From Candidatus Omnitrophota bacterium (GTDB lineage: Bacteria; Omnitrophota; Gorgyraeia; Gygaellales; Profunditerraquicolaceae), in the NCBI GenBank assembly GCA_025453395.1, contig JALOQK010000009.1, positions 1-51,341 of the forward strand: DNA of 51,341 nucleotides. The letters are read 5' to 3'. The notes beneath the pieces were generated by a model, which was given only the letters and a program-made list of their open reading frames with translations, did no database searches and was not told the DNA's origin. This document shows, piece by piece, positions 26,493-36,435 of the stretch. Position numbers and translations under genes: made by a program. How positions within the stretch are numbered: position 1 is the first letter of the stretch; every line of letters starts with the position of its first letter.

Positions 26493-28890
26493 TTTTGCGG
26501 GTCACCTTTATTGTTTTGCCGTTGGTGAATCTCTTGGAAATTATCTCTGAAGCCAAGGGATCTTCTAAGAAGCGCTGGATCGTGCGCTTCAAAGGCCGCG
26601 CCCCAAACACCGGGTCAAAGCCTTTTTCTATAAGAAGGTCTTTTGCTTGCTTGGTAATTTCAATGTGCAGGCCCTGTTCTTTAAGTCTTGAGGAGAACAT
26701 ATTTATTTCAAGGTCAATAATCTTCTCCAGATCCTCTTTGATTAGCGGCCTGAACACTATAATATCGTCAATGCGATTTAAGAATTCCGGCTTAAATGTC
26801 TTTTTTACCTCTTCAAGAAGTTTATCTTTCATTTCCTGATAGGTAACCTCTTCTTTTTGGTTACGAAACCCCAAGGAACCGGCCTTACGGATAAGTTCCG
26901 CCCCCACATTTGAAGTCATAATCATAAGCGTATTTCTAAAATCCACTTTTCTGGCAAAGCTATCCGTGAGCCTGCCATCCTCAAAAACCTGCAACAATAA
27001 ATTAAAAACATCCGGATGCGCCTTTTCAATTTCATCAAGTAAAATCACTGAATACGGCCTTCTTCTTACCTTCTCGGTTAATTGCCCGCCTTCTTCATAA
27101 CCCACATATCCCGGAGGGGCGCCGATTAAACGAGAAACATTGAATTTTTCCATATATTCCGACATATCCAGCTGGATAAGCGCGTCTTCATCGCCGAACA
27201 TAAAATCAGCTAAGGCGCGCGCAAGAAGCGTCTTGCCCACGCCAGTGGGCCCTAAGAAAATAAAAGAGCCTATCGGGCGACGAGGGTCTTTGATCCCGGC
27301 GCGGGAACGCCTGATCGCATGAGCAATAGCGCTTATGGCTTCGTCTTGTCCGATAACCCGGCTATGCAATTCTTCTTCGATCTTTAAAAGCTTCTCGCTG
27401 TCTTTTTGTTCAAGGCGGATAATCGGGATACCCGTCCACTGCGCGACAATCTTAGCAATATCTTCTTCCGTGACCTCAGGACGGGTTTTATCTTTGGCCT
27501 GCGACCACTCTTTATTTAATTTCTCCAAATCCTGGCGCGCTACCCTTTCCTGGTCCCTTAAAGAAGCTGCTTTCTCAAAATCCTGGCTCTTGATAAACGC
27601 CTCTTTCTCCTTGCGGATAGATTCTACTTTTTCTTCAAGCTTTTTTATCTCCGGCGGAACAATCAGCACATTAAGCCTGGCGCGCGCGCCTGCCTCATCA
27701 ATAATATCAATGGCCTTATCCGGCATAAACCTGCCTGAAATATAACGGTCGGATAATTTTGCCGCCGCCTCCAGGGCATCATCGCGGAAAGTAACCCGGT
27801 GATGCGCTTCATATTTATCCCTTAAACCTTTTAATATCTCAACTGTCTGTTCAACCGAAGGCGGCTCAACCATTATCGTCTGAAACCTGCGCTCTAAGGC
27901 TGCGTCTTTTTCAATGTGTTTTCTGTATTCATCGATCGTAGTGGCTCCAATACACTGAATTTCCCCCCGGGAAAGCGCCGGCTTTAATATATTAGAGGCG
28001 TCGATAGCTCCTTCAGCAGCTCCAGCGCCAACCAAAGTATGTAATTCATCAATAAAGATAATCACGTCCTGCGAACGCTTGATTTCTTCCATTACCGCTT
28101 TTATTCTTTCTTCAAACTGGCCGCGGTATTTGGTGCCGGCGATCATCAGGGCAAGGTCTAGAACAATAAGCCTCTTATTACGCAAAACTTCCGGGACATT
28201 CCCGGAAACTATCGCCTGCGAAAGGCCTTCCACGATCGCGGTCTTGCCTACGCCAGCTTCACCCAAAAGCACCGGATTATTTTTTGTCCTGCGGCTTAAT
28301 ATCTGAATAACCCGTTCTATTTCCATATGCCTGTTGATAACCGGATCAAGTTTATTTTCTTTGGCTAAAGCAGTAAGATCTCTTCCAAAAGCATCTAAAG
28401 CAGGAGTTTTAGTCTTTGCCTGCTGTTGTTGCTGCTGCCCGAATCCCGGAAGCGCCGAACCTAAAAGCTCCATGATCTCACTTCTAACAGCATTTAAATC
28501 AAGGCCTAGATTTAACAACACCTGGGAAGCCACTCCTTCGCCTTCACGAATAAGGCCCAAAAGCAAGTGTTCCGTGCCGATATAATTATGCCCTAAGGCG
28601 CGCGCCTCTTCAGCAGCCAATTCTAATGCTTTCTTTGCCCGCGGGGTAAAGGGGATATCTCCAATGATCTGGGTTGCTGGACCGGGCTGAACCAGCTTCT
28701 CAATTTCAAGGCGGATATTCTCCAGAGATGTCCCCATTTTCTGTAAAACCGCAGCGGCTACTCCTTCACCCTCTCTTAAAAGCCCAAGCAAAATATGCTC
28801 GGTACCGATATAATCATGATTAAACCTTCTGGCTTCCTCTTTAGCTAAGATTACAACTTTTCTTGCTCTTTCGGTAAAGCGATTAAACAT
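26458..28890 (-). CDS. clpC: ATP-dependent Clp protease ATPase ClpC
   Basis: Two Clp_N repeats, two AAA+ modules ([16 protein letters not shown]) and a UVR-like linker. The start is trimmed to MFNRFTERA, which has GGAGG upstream. Confidence 0.93.
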   Translation of the reverse strand: MFNRFTERARKVVILAKEEARRFNHDYIGTEHILLGLLREGEGVAAAVLQKMGTSLENIRLEIEKLVQPGPATQIIGDIPFTPRAKKALELAAEEARALGHNYIGTEHLLLGLIREGEGVASQVLLNLGLDLNAVRSEIMELLGSALPGFGQQQQQQAKTKTPALDAFGRDLTALAKENKLDPVINRHMEIERVIQILSRRTKNNPVLLGEAGVGKTAIVEGLSQAIVSGNVPEVLRNKRLIVLDLALMIAGTKYRGQFEERIKAVMEEIKRSQDVIIFIDELHTLVGAGAAEGAIDASNILKPALSRGEIQCIGATTIDEYRKHIEKDAALERRFQTIMVEPPSVEQTVEILKGLRDKYEAHHRVTFRDDALEAAAKLSDRYISGRFMPDKAIDIIDEAGARARLNVLIVPPEIKKLEEKVESIRKEKEAFIKSQDFEKAASLRDQERVARQDLEKLNKEWSQAKDKTRPEVTEEDIAKIVAQWTGIPIIRLEQKDSEKLLKIEEELHSRVIGQDEAISAIAHAIRRSRAGIKDPRRPIGSFIFLGPTGVGKTLLARALADFMFGDEDALIQLDMSEYMEKFNVSRLIGAPPGYVGYEEGGQLTEKVRRRPYSVILLDEIEKAHPDVFNLLLQVFEDGRLTDSFARKVDFRNTLMIMTSNVGAELIRKAGSLGFRNQKEEVTYQEMKDKLLEEVKKTFKPEFLNRIDDIIVFRPLIKEDLEKIIDLEINMFSSRLKEQGLHIEITKQAKDLLIEKGFDPVFGARPLKRTIQRFLEDPLASEIISKRFTNGKTIKVTRKNDDLAFETSVD

Positions 28891-28925
28891 TTCTCCTCCC
28901 ATAATCCACTCCTATAGAAAAATAA

Positions 28926-29978
28926 TTATATTTTGAGTTTATCCCTTATCAATTGCGCGCGCTTAATATCCCTTTCCTGTGAAGATAATTTCTTATTCTC
29001 AAGTTTTTGCAAATGCGCGGGCTGTGTAATAATAAATAACTCATTGATGACCCGCCTATCCATACATTTATCGATTAAACCCAAATCGCACCCCAGCCTG
29101 ACCATGGAAAGAAGTTCAATCGTTTCATTGCTTGAAATAATACGCGCGTTTTTGAGTATCCCAAAACTGCGATGCACGCGGTCAGCCAAAAATTCCTTAT
29201 TACGCTCAAATACCGCCTGACGCGCCTGATTCTCCTGGTCAATGATCTGCTTTATTAAGCCGTTTAAGTTCTCAATTATTTCTTCTTCTTTCACCCCCAA
29301 AGAAACCTGATTAGAAACTTGGAATAGATTTCCTGTCGCCTGGGTTCCTTCCCCGAAAAGCCCGCGGGTAGTAAAGCTCAACTTTGAGATCGCAGCCAAG
29401 ACCCGGTCAATTTGGCGGGTCATCACAAGTGCCGGCAGATGCAGCATCACAGAAGAACGCATGCCTGTGCCGGTGTTAGTGGGGCATGCCGTTAAATATC
29501 CCCATTCCGGCAAGAACGCGTAATCCAATACTTTAGATAATTCGTCATCAATGATATTTACGACCTGCCAAGCCTGATGCAGGTTAAAACCTGACTGCAT
29601 AACCTGTATCCTTAAATGATCCTCCTCATTGGCCATAATTGAGATTATTTCATCATGGTCAATGGCTACGGCGCGGCTTGTATCTTTTTGCGCATGCTCC
29701 AAAGACATCAAGTGCCGCTCTACCAAAAATTGCTTATCCACCGCATCCATAGAAGCTAAACGCAAAAAATGCACTTGCGCAAGCGAAGGGACAAGCTTAA
29801 TTTTCTCTTCAAGCAGGTCCAACACATCTTCGGATTGTTTTTTTGCTGCCCAATGCGGAAAAGAAAATTTATTCAAGTTTCGCGCCAAACGAATACGGCT
29901 TGAAATAACAATATCGGCATTGGGGCCGGTGCCTCGCAGCCATTCACTGGTATGGTTTAGAAAATCATTGATTTGCAT
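28926..29978 (-). CDS. mcsB: protein arginine kinase McsB
   Basis: ATP:guanido phosphotransferase signature CPTNTGTGMR. Sits immediately upstream of clpC. Confidence 0.9.
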   Translation of the reverse strand: MQINDFLNHTSEWLRGTGPNADIVISSRIRLARNLNKFSFPHWAAKKQSEDVLDLLEEKIKLVPSLAQVHFLRLASMDAVDKQFLVERHLMSLEHAQKDTSRAVAIDHDEIISIMANEEDHLRIQVMQSGFNLHQAWQVVNIIDDELSKVLDYAFLPEWGYLTACPTNTGTGMRSSVMLHLPALVMTRQIDRVLAAISKLSFTTRGLFGEGTQATGNLFQVSNQVSLGVKEEEIIENLNGLIKQIIDQENQARQAVFERNKEFLADRVHRSFGILKNARIISSNETIELLSMVRLGCDLGLIDKCMDRRVINELFIITQPAHLQKLENKKLSSQERDIKRAQLIRDKLKI

Positions 29979-30465
29979 TCTTCTCTTGCTGCCTTATCTG
30001 GTCCCTGATTCTTGCAGCCTCCTCAAATTCCTCATTCTCAATGGCTTTCTGCAACTTCGCGCGCAGGTCTTCCTGGGGTTTAAACGTTTCTTCTTTTTCT
30101 AGTTCCATAACAACTGCCTTTTTACCAATATGCTGGCTTGAACCATGGATCCTTTTTAATAACGGGGCGAGGTATTTCTTAAAAGTATGATAGCAATTGG
30201 CGCATCCTAAACGGCCTATTTTCTTAAACTCCCCGTAGCTTAATTTGCATACCGGACAACGCAAAACATCGGATTCTTTCTCTCCGGTTATTTTCTCCGG
30301 CTGCACAAGTCCGGCTAAAAGATCGCTTAAGCCAAATTTCTGCTCCATATCATGGCTTTTTTCCTGCGCGCAATGCTCGCAAAGATGCAGCTCCGACATC
30401 TGATCATTGATGATCTCGGTTAAATGCACCGTAGCCTGATTTTTCTTACAAATATCGCATAACAT
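29965..30465 (-). CDS. mcsA: McsA-like activator (zinc fingers plus UvrB/UvrC motif)
   Basis: CDIC..CEHC and CPVC..CANC pairs, plus a C-terminal UVR motif (LQKAIENEEFEEAARIRDQI). Confidence 0.8.
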   Translation of the reverse strand: MLCDICKKNQATVHLTEIINDQMSELHLCEHCAQEKSHDMEQKFGLSDLLAGLVQPEKITGEKESDVLRCPVCKLSYGEFKKIGRLGCANCYHTFKKYLAPLLKRIHGSSQHIGKKAVVMELEKEETFKPQEDLRAKLQKAIENEEFEEAARIRDQIRQQEKNANQ

Positions 30466-30523
30466 AAAACTTTTGCCCTTTACTTGTGATTCTTACTTTT
30501 AACTTTTATTAATATTTAACTTG

Positions 30524-30577
30524 AATCAGGCATGCCTCTGGCGCTTATGCCTGATTAACACTTGCCACTGGCAAGTG
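30524..30577 (-). terminator. two consecutive stem-loops after ilvE (possible terminator/attenuator before mcsA)
   Basis: 10-bp stem AATCAGGCAT/ATGCCTGATT and 8-bp stem CACTTGCC/GGCAAGTG. Neither has a clear U-tract. Confidence 0.35.
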
Positions 30578-30581
30578 CCAT

Positions 30582-31451
30582 CTAATATTTAACTCCGTCT
30601 ATTTTAGTCAATTTCTTAAACTCCTGCAATAATTTAAGTGTAATCGGCCCCGGCCTTCCAGACCCGATTAATCTGCCATCCACCTTAACAACCGGAATCA
30701 GTTCTGCGGCAGTGCCGGTTAAGAAACATTCATCAGAGATAAAAACTTCATGACGGGTGATTACGTGTTCATGCGCCAATATCTTATTAACCTTGGCTAA
30801 TTCAAGAATACTGTCCCGGGTAATCCCGCGTAACGTGCCCATGCATTGGGGAGGCGTGTATAAATGCTTATTCTTAACGATAAAAATATTGTCGCCTGTG
30901 CACTCGGCAACATACCCCAGCGAATCAAGCATAATCGCCTCGTCGCAACCGGAATTAGCGGCCTCTATTTTTGCCAGAATATTATTCAGATAATTAAGCG
31001 ATTTGATCTGCGGATTTAAAGCCTCAGGCAAATTGCGCACCGTAGGCACAGTAATAATGGAAAGCCCCTGTTTATAAAACCTATCCGGATAAAGCGCGAT
31101 CTTATCCGCGATAATAATGACGCTTGGCGTGCCATAACACTTACGCGGGTCAAGGCCCAGATCGCCTTCGCCACGAGTAACCACCAAGCGGATATAGCCA
31201 TCATCGAGCTTATTCTCTTTCAAGGTATTCACCACTGAGCGGATCATCTGCTCTTTGCTTAATGGGATATTAATCATTAGCGAATGCGCAGATTCATACA
31301 AACGCTCAACGTGTTCTTTTAACTTAAAAACCCTCCTGCCATAAGAGCGGATCCCCTCAAACACCCCGTCACCATATAAAAGCCCGTGGTCAAAAACCGA
31401 AACCTTGGCATTTTCCCTGTCGTAAAATTTACCATTAATATAGATCTTCAT
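30582..31451 (-). CDS. ilvE: branched-chain amino acid aminotransferase (class IV)
   Basis: Class IV aminotransferase pattern (DHGLLYGDGVFEG, TGTAAELIPV). Length 289 aa. Confidence 0.85.
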   Translation of the reverse strand: MKIYINGKFYDRENAKVSVFDHGLLYGDGVFEGIRSYGRRVFKLKEHVERLYESAHSLMINIPLSKEQMIRSVVNTLKENKLDDGYIRLVVTRGEGDLGLDPRKCYGTPSVIIIADKIALYPDRFYKQGLSIITVPTVRNLPEALNPQIKSLNYLNNILAKIEAANSGCDEAIMLDSLGYVAECTGDNIFIVKNKHLYTPPQCMGTLRGITRDSILELAKVNKILAHEHVITRHEVFISDECFLTGTAAELIPVVKVDGRLIGSGRPGPITLKLLQEFKKLTKIDGVKY

Positions 31452-31475
31452 CGCCTTCCCCCCTTGATTTCCAAA

Positions 31476-32156
31476 TTAATTTAATATGATACCGTCTTTT
31501 AACTGCACGCGTAAAGTAGCGCATTCGGCAATTTCTGTGTCATGGGTGACTAAAACTACCGTGACATCCTCTTCTTTATGCACCCTTTTTATGGCATCCA
31601 TTATTTTCTTGCCGTTTTCAGAGTCAAGGTTTCCCGTAGGCTCGTCGCAAAGCAAAACCGCCGGACGGTTAATAAGCGCGCGCATCACCGCCACGCGCTG
31701 CTGCTCGCCTCCGGAAAGGTGTTTCGGCTTATGCTGCATTCTTTTCTCTAAGCCGAATAAGCTAAACAGGGATTTAGCGTAAGAAAGCGATTTTTTCTTC
31801 TCCCACCATGAACGCAAAAAGCAGGGCATTAAAACATTTTCCAGGGCGCTTAATTCCGGCAAAAGGTGATAAAACTGAAAAACAAAACCTATCTTGCGAT
31901 TTCGCAAGAGCGCTCTTCTGTTATCGCTTATTTTATAAATATCATCGCCCTCAAAAATAACCTCTCCGGAAGAAGGCTTATCAAGCCCTCCCAAAATATG
32001 AAGCAGTGTGGACTTACCTGCCCCGGAAGGCCCCTGAATAGCCAAGAAATCATTACGCGCTATCTGACAGTTTATCCCTTTTAGCACATCTACCCGTGTT
32101 CCCGTATTAAGATAGCTGCGCGATAAATTATTGATTTTAAGAATATGCTCACTCAT
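31476..32156 (-). CDS. lolD: lipoprotein-releasing ABC ATPase LolD
   Basis: GPSGAGKST, LSGGEQQRVA and LLCDEPTGNLD motifs. Overlaps the upstream FtsX-type permease gene. Confidence 0.85.
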   Translation of the reverse strand: MSEHILKINNLSRSYLNTGTRVDVLKGINCQIARNDFLAIQGPSGAGKSTLLHILGGLDKPSSGEVIFEGDDIYKISDNRRALLRNRKIGFVFQFYHLLPELSALENVLMPCFLRSWWEKKKSLSYAKSLFSLFGLEKRMQHKPKHLSGGEQQRVAVMRALINRPAVLLCDEPTGNLDSENGKKIMDAIKRVHKEEDVTVVLVTHDTEIAECATLRVQLKDGIILN

Positions 32157-33360
32157 GCCTTAAGGCCTCACTGGTATTTATTTTAGACGCGTAATAAGCC
32201 GGATATATGCTCGCCGCCAGGCTTATTAATAAAGCCGCCACCCAAATAAAGTTGACATCCGACACGCCTAAATGCGTGGGGATACGGTCAAAATAATATA
32301 TATCCTGCGGGATCAGGCTTCTGCCGAGAAGGCGGGAGATAAAATCCACGATATTATTTAAAGATGAACTTAAAACTACTCCCAAGAAAGCCCCCAGGGC
32401 TATTCCCATTATCCCGATACTTAGACCCTGAAAAAGAAAGATCATTACAATGTCAGATGAACGCGCTCCCACAGAGCGCAATATCCCGATATCTTTGATC
32501 TTGGCCATCACCGACATGATCATCGCGCTTACTATCCCGAAGGCTGCCACAACCGTAGTCATGGTCACTACGATAAACATCACTATCTTCTCAAGCTTAA
32601 GCGCGTTTAAGAAATTCCTGTTGGCATCCGCCCAAGTCAAAACTTCAAAATTATTTTTTGACTTGATCTTCTGATAAATATCTTTCTTTATTTTCTCAAT
32701 ATATTTAATATCAGTTGCCCTGACGGCAAATCCGTTTACGCCCGAGGGCATATTATAAAACTGGCGAAGCCCCGCGATATTAGCCAAAACTAAACTTGCG
32801 TCATAAGTATACATGCCGGTGTTAAATACGCCCGCGATAATAAAGTCTGAAGGCTTCAATGTCACTGGTGAAATCAAACTTATCTTATCCCCTACAGATA
32901 AACCCACACGCAGCAGGAATTCCTTGCCCGCGGTAATCTCATTTTCTTTAGAAGGCAGGCTTCCAGAGGATAAATATTCTTTTATCCGGGAAACTTTTTC
33001 TTGGGCTTTTGAATCAATGCCTCTTATTTCAGTTCCTGTCACCTGGGTTCCGGTCTTAATAAAAGCTTGGCCCGAAATAAAAGGCGCTACCGCCTGGACA
33101 TCTTTGATCTTGATAAGCTGTTGGGCAAAGCCATCAATATCGCTCTCGGGGTCATAAAACTCCACCAAAAGATGCGAATTGGTGCCGATAATCTTATCTT
33201 CCAAATAACGGTCAAACCCGCTCATCACCGCGATAACCACGATCAGCACACAAACCCCTATGGCGATGCCTAACATCGAAATAAACGCGGTGAAAGATAT
33301 GATCCCTTCTTTTTTCTTGGCCCTCATATACCTAAAGGCCAGCCAAAGATTACAAAGCAT
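32149..33360 (-). CDS. lolE: lipoprotein-releasing ABC permease LolC/E family
   Basis: MacB-like periplasmic domain between TM1 and TM2, with a C-terminal FtsX domain. About 400 aa. Confidence 0.8.
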   Translation of the reverse strand: MLCNLWLAFRYMRAKKKEGIISFTAFISMLGIAIGVCVLIVVIAVMSGFDRYLEDKIIGTNSHLLVEFYDPESDIDGFAQQLIKIKDVQAVAPFISGQAFIKTGTQVTGTEIRGIDSKAQEKVSRIKEYLSSGSLPSKENEITAGKEFLLRVGLSVGDKISLISPVTLKPSDFIIAGVFNTGMYTYDASLVLANIAGLRQFYNMPSGVNGFAVRATDIKYIEKIKKDIYQKIKSKNNFEVLTWADANRNFLNALKLEKIVMFIVVTMTTVVAAFGIVSAMIMSVMAKIKDIGILRSVGARSSDIVMIFLFQGLSIGIMGIALGAFLGVVLSSSLNNIVDFISRLLGRSLIPQDIYYFDRIPTHLGVSDVNFIWVAALLISLAASIYPAYYASKINTSEALRHE

Positions 33361-33367
33361 AAAAAAA

Positions 33368-34813
33368 CTACCCCACCTCTCGCTTTTTCAAAAGAGGGAA
33401 TAAAATCACGTCTCTTATAGAAGTCTGCCCGGTTAAAAGCATGACCAACCTGTCAATGCCTACGCCTAATCCTCCTGCCGGAGGCATACCGTGCTCTAAG
33501 GCAAGGCAATAATCTTCATCTACGCTTTTGTTTTCCGCAGCTTCTTGCTCTTTTATCTCTTCCTCAAAACGCCTCTTTTGTTCTATCGGATCATTCAATT
33601 CTGAATAGGCATTACCTACTTCCATTCCCGCGATATAAAGTTCAAAACGCTCACATATATTTGGGTTATCTGTCTTACTTTGGGCAAGAGGCGAAAGATG
33701 CGTGAAATAATCCGTGACAAAAACCGGATTAAAACTCATATCCTTTTCTAAAACCTCTTCTATGACTTTGGCAATTTGCGAACGGGTCAATTTTGTGGAT
33801 TCCTTGCTTAAGTTATGCGCGTGTAATTTCTGAAGCATCTTTTCTGCGGTATCTTCAGGAAGTATGCCGAACTTTTCTTTAACCACTTGCGCAAATGATA
33901 CTACTTTCCAGGGAAGCGACAAATCGATTTCTTTACCGTCGTAATTTAATTTTAAACCGCCTAAAGTTTTTTCTGCTAAAGATACGACCAACTCTTCCAC
34001 AAGGCGCATCATCCCCTGGCAGCTGCTATAACTTTGATAAACTTCAAGCATGGTAAATTCCGGGTTGTGGCGCGTAGATATCCCCTCATTGCGAAAGCTC
34101 CTGTTTATTTCATACACCTTGTCCATCCCGCCAACCAATAAACGCTTCAAGTATAATTCCGGGGCAATGCGCATAAAAAGCTGCATGGAATATTCATTAT
34201 GAAAAGTCTTAAACGGCCTGCCAGCTGCGCCGCCGGGGATGCTATGCATCATGGGGGTTTCCACTTCCACAAATCCCTTTGTATCTAAGAAATCCCTGAT
34301 CGCCTTAACTATTTGCGAACGCGCCAGGAAGACTTTTTTTACCTCTTCATTAGAAACAAGGTCCAGGTATCTTTGGCGGTAACGCGTCTCTGTGTCCTTT
34401 AGGCCGTGCCATTTCTCCGGCAAAGGCCTCAATGCCTTGGCAAGAAGGGTAAAAGCCTCTAACTTAAGCGTTGGCTCCCCGGTATGAGTTTTAAAAAGTT
34501 CTCCGCTTGCGCTTATAAAGTCCGCTATATCCAAAGAATCAAAGGCAGAGAAATTATCCTTGCCCACAAAATCGCTCTTCACATACAGCTGGATCTTGCC
34601 GCTTGAATCTCTTAAGTCGGCAAAAACAACTTTACCATGCAGGCGCTTTGCCGTAAGCCTGCCGGCAAAAACCACTTTCTTGCCCTCCGGGAAATCCTTT
34701 AATAATGGGCCTATTTCTTCCCTGTCGCCAGGCGCACTCTGATAAGCCTTGCCTGTAGCTTCCCAAGCTGTAAGCTTATCCTTGCGTTGTTGAATAATTT
34801 CTTCCAGTTCCAT
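33368..34813 (-). CDS. lysS: lysine--tRNA ligase, class II
   Basis: N-terminal OB fold and class II motifs (FRNEGISTRHNPEFTMLE, GGLGVGIDRLVM). Confidence 0.93.
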   Translation of the reverse strand: MELEEIIQQRKDKLTAWEATGKAYQSAPGDREEIGPLLKDFPEGKKVVFAGRLTAKRLHGKVVFADLRDSSGKIQLYVKSDFVGKDNFSAFDSLDIADFISASGELFKTHTGEPTLKLEAFTLLAKALRPLPEKWHGLKDTETRYRQRYLDLVSNEEVKKVFLARSQIVKAIRDFLDTKGFVEVETPMMHSIPGGAAGRPFKTFHNEYSMQLFMRIAPELYLKRLLVGGMDKVYEINRSFRNEGISTRHNPEFTMLEVYQSYSSCQGMMRLVEELVVSLAEKTLGGLKLNYDGKEIDLSLPWKVVSFAQVVKEKFGILPEDTAEKMLQKLHAHNLSKESTKLTRSQIAKVIEEVLEKDMSFNPVFVTDYFTHLSPLAQSKTDNPNICERFELYIAGMEVGNAYSELNDPIEQKRRFEEEIKEQEAAENKSVDEDYCLALEHGMPPAGGLGVGIDRLVMLLTGQTSIRDVILFPLLKKREVG

Positions 34814-34865
34814 AATATTATATATTTAGTTATAATACACTAATAAGTCAAAATATTATATCCTA

Positions 34866-34987
34866 TGTTCCCGGCGGTGTCAACCAATTAAAAAGCCCGC
34901 TGCGACACCCCCGCTCCCGACGCTGGCTTCGCCAGGCCGGGACTTCTAGGATCGCAGCTTCGGCTTGACGAAGAAGCGTGGGAACCA
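34866..34987. ncRNA. GC-rich structured element (unclassified; candidate small RNA or lysS leader)
   Basis: Visibly GC-rich island in AT-rich surroundings. The closing stem GTTCCC/GGGAAC encloses three hairpins (34876-34909, 34915-34942, 34958-34973). Confidence 0.3.
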
Positions 34988-35021
34988 TAAAAAAAGACCT
35001 CCGTATTTTAATACGCAGGCC
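34988..35021 (-). terminator. intrinsic terminator after htpX
   Basis: The minus strand reads CCUGCGUAUU-AA-AAUACGGAGG (one mismatch) followed by UCUUUUUUUA. Confidence 0.6.
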
Positions 35022-35049
35022 TTCATCTATCCTATTGAAAAGCAACTCT

Positions 35050-36021
35050 TTATGATACTGCCATGCCCCTATAAGCGCTCAACTGCTTGATCCTTTTAAG
35101 CATGTTTGGATGAGTGCTAAAAAGCTCTAAGCATTTATCCCCCCAGCTCAATTTAATTTGTTTATTGAATAAAACACGCAGCTCATTCTGGTCAATGGTG
35201 CCGTCTTTATCTATATCCAGTTGGCTTAACTGCCTGACTTCATTAAGCGCGCGCGAAGGGTCATTGACAAAAAACGCTTTCAGGCCTTCTACCTCTTTCA
35301 AAGATTCCTTACTCATCCTAGCCGAACCATAGGCAAGCTTGTATAAGCTTGAAGCAAGGCTGGAGGGGCTATTCCCCAGCTCTATTGAGCCTTTATCCGC
35401 GAAGTACTCACGGATACGCGAGGCATAAAGCACAAGAAGGTTGGTAATAAAATAAAAAATAAACGCGGCTACTCCGATAAGAACAGTATTCCCGGAGCGC
35501 TGGTCCCTGCGCCGGCCAAAGAAAAGAAAGTTCCATGCCAGCCGGTATAAGATCATGGGAATTACTGAGAGAAGCGTAATAGTAAGAACATCGCGGTTTC
35601 TTAAATGGGTCATCTCATGGCCCAGCACAGCCCTTAATTCCTGCGGATTTAATAATTCCATAATCCCGCTTGTAACACAAATCCTTCCGTCTTTTATGCT
35701 GCGGCCAAAAGCAAAGGCGTTAGGAATAGGCATACTGGAGATGCCGATCTTTGGAGCAGGTATTTGGGCTTTCTTGGCTAAATCTTCTACCATACCAAAA
35801 AGCTCTTGATGTTGTTTGCGGTCAACATATTTTACCTGCATGGACCATTCCACGATCTTGGGGCCGATCATATACTGGATAAACATCATCACAAAAGATA
35901 CCCCGAGATAAAAATAAAAATCGCCAAAACCCAAATAAGTGCCTATGGCCACTATAATCCCATAGACAATAGCGAACAAAATTGCCGTCAAAATAAACAT
36001 ACGTAGCTTCAAGAAAAACAT
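35050..36021 (-). CDS. htpX: HtpX-like M48 membrane protease with an EF-hand-like loop
   Basis: HEMTHLRNRD (HExxH), four TM segments and a FSTHPNMLKRI C-terminus. The DIDKDGTIDQNE loop is inserted before the C-terminal helix. Confidence 0.85.
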   Translation of the reverse strand: MFFLKLRMFILTAILFAIVYGIIVAIGTYLGFGDFYFYLGVSFVMMFIQYMIGPKIVEWSMQVKYVDRKQHQELFGMVEDLAKKAQIPAPKIGISSMPIPNAFAFGRSIKDGRICVTSGIMELLNPQELRAVLGHEMTHLRNRDVLTITLLSVIPMILYRLAWNFLFFGRRRDQRSGNTVLIGVAAFIFYFITNLLVLYASRIREYFADKGSIELGNSPSSLASSLYKLAYGSARMSKESLKEVEGLKAFFVNDPSRALNEVRQLSQLDIDKDGTIDQNELRVLFNKQIKLSWGDKCLELFSTHPNMLKRIKQLSAYRGMAVS

Positions 36022-36036
36022 AGCGATATCTCCTTC

Positions 36037-36435
36037 TTATTTTTCTACTTCTGCCTTGATAGTAAATTTCACTGCGGACTTTTCCGGATTATCAGTAGCA
36101 ACAAACACAAACTGCTGCACAGCACCCTTATAACCTTTGCTATTAAATGCGACCTCTATATTGGTTTTCTCTTGGGGCTGAAGGGTTTTATTCTTAGCTT
36201 CAGACACGGTACAACCACAGGAAGTATTTACGTCGGTAATGACAAGCTGTTTAGAGGTATTATTGACAAAGACAAAAGAATGTTTTACAACCTGCCCCTC
36301 TTTAACCTTGCCAAAATCCCAAGTATCGCTTTCCTGCTCTTTCGCACCGCAAGAAACACCTTCTGCGTAAACATAAGAAAACCCGGCTAAAAGCAAAAAC
36401 AACCCCACCAACACCAGAACTTTTATTTTCATCAT
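36037..36435 (-). CDS. DUF1573-domain secreted protein
   Basis: Signal peptide and an Ig-like domain with the NTSCGCT motif typical of DUF1573. Confidence 0.7.
   Translation of the reverse strand: MMKIKVLVLVGLFLLLAGFSYVYAEGVSCGAKEQESDTWDFGKVKEGQVVKHSFVFVNNTSKQLVITDVNTSCGCTVSEAKNKTLQPQEKTNIEVAFNSKGYKGAVQQFVFVATDNPEKSAVKFTIKAEVEK

Noticed and set aside
30466-30581. CtsR operator upstream of mcsA.
   Set aside because: AGTTAAA-like units occur, but I could not see the tandem GGTCAAA-NAN-GGTCAAA consensus. No ctsR gene is present in the window.
34866-34987. Assignment of the GC-rich element as SRP (4.5S) RNA, 5S rRNA, tRNA, lysine riboswitch or T-box.
   Set aside because: I could not find a GGAA/GNRA apical loop with the AGCA symmetric-loop motif of SRP RNA. 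The CCGAAC/GAAGUGAAAC blocks of 5S, the T-loop GTTCGAATC of tRNA and the lysine or T-box core sequences were also absent. The element is left unclassified.
34863-35045. 60-aa minus-strand ORF between htpX and lysS.
   Set aside because: It reads through a terminator hairpin and a GC-rich structured element and has an Arg-rich, nonsense-like composition. The region is better explained as non-coding RNA or leader.
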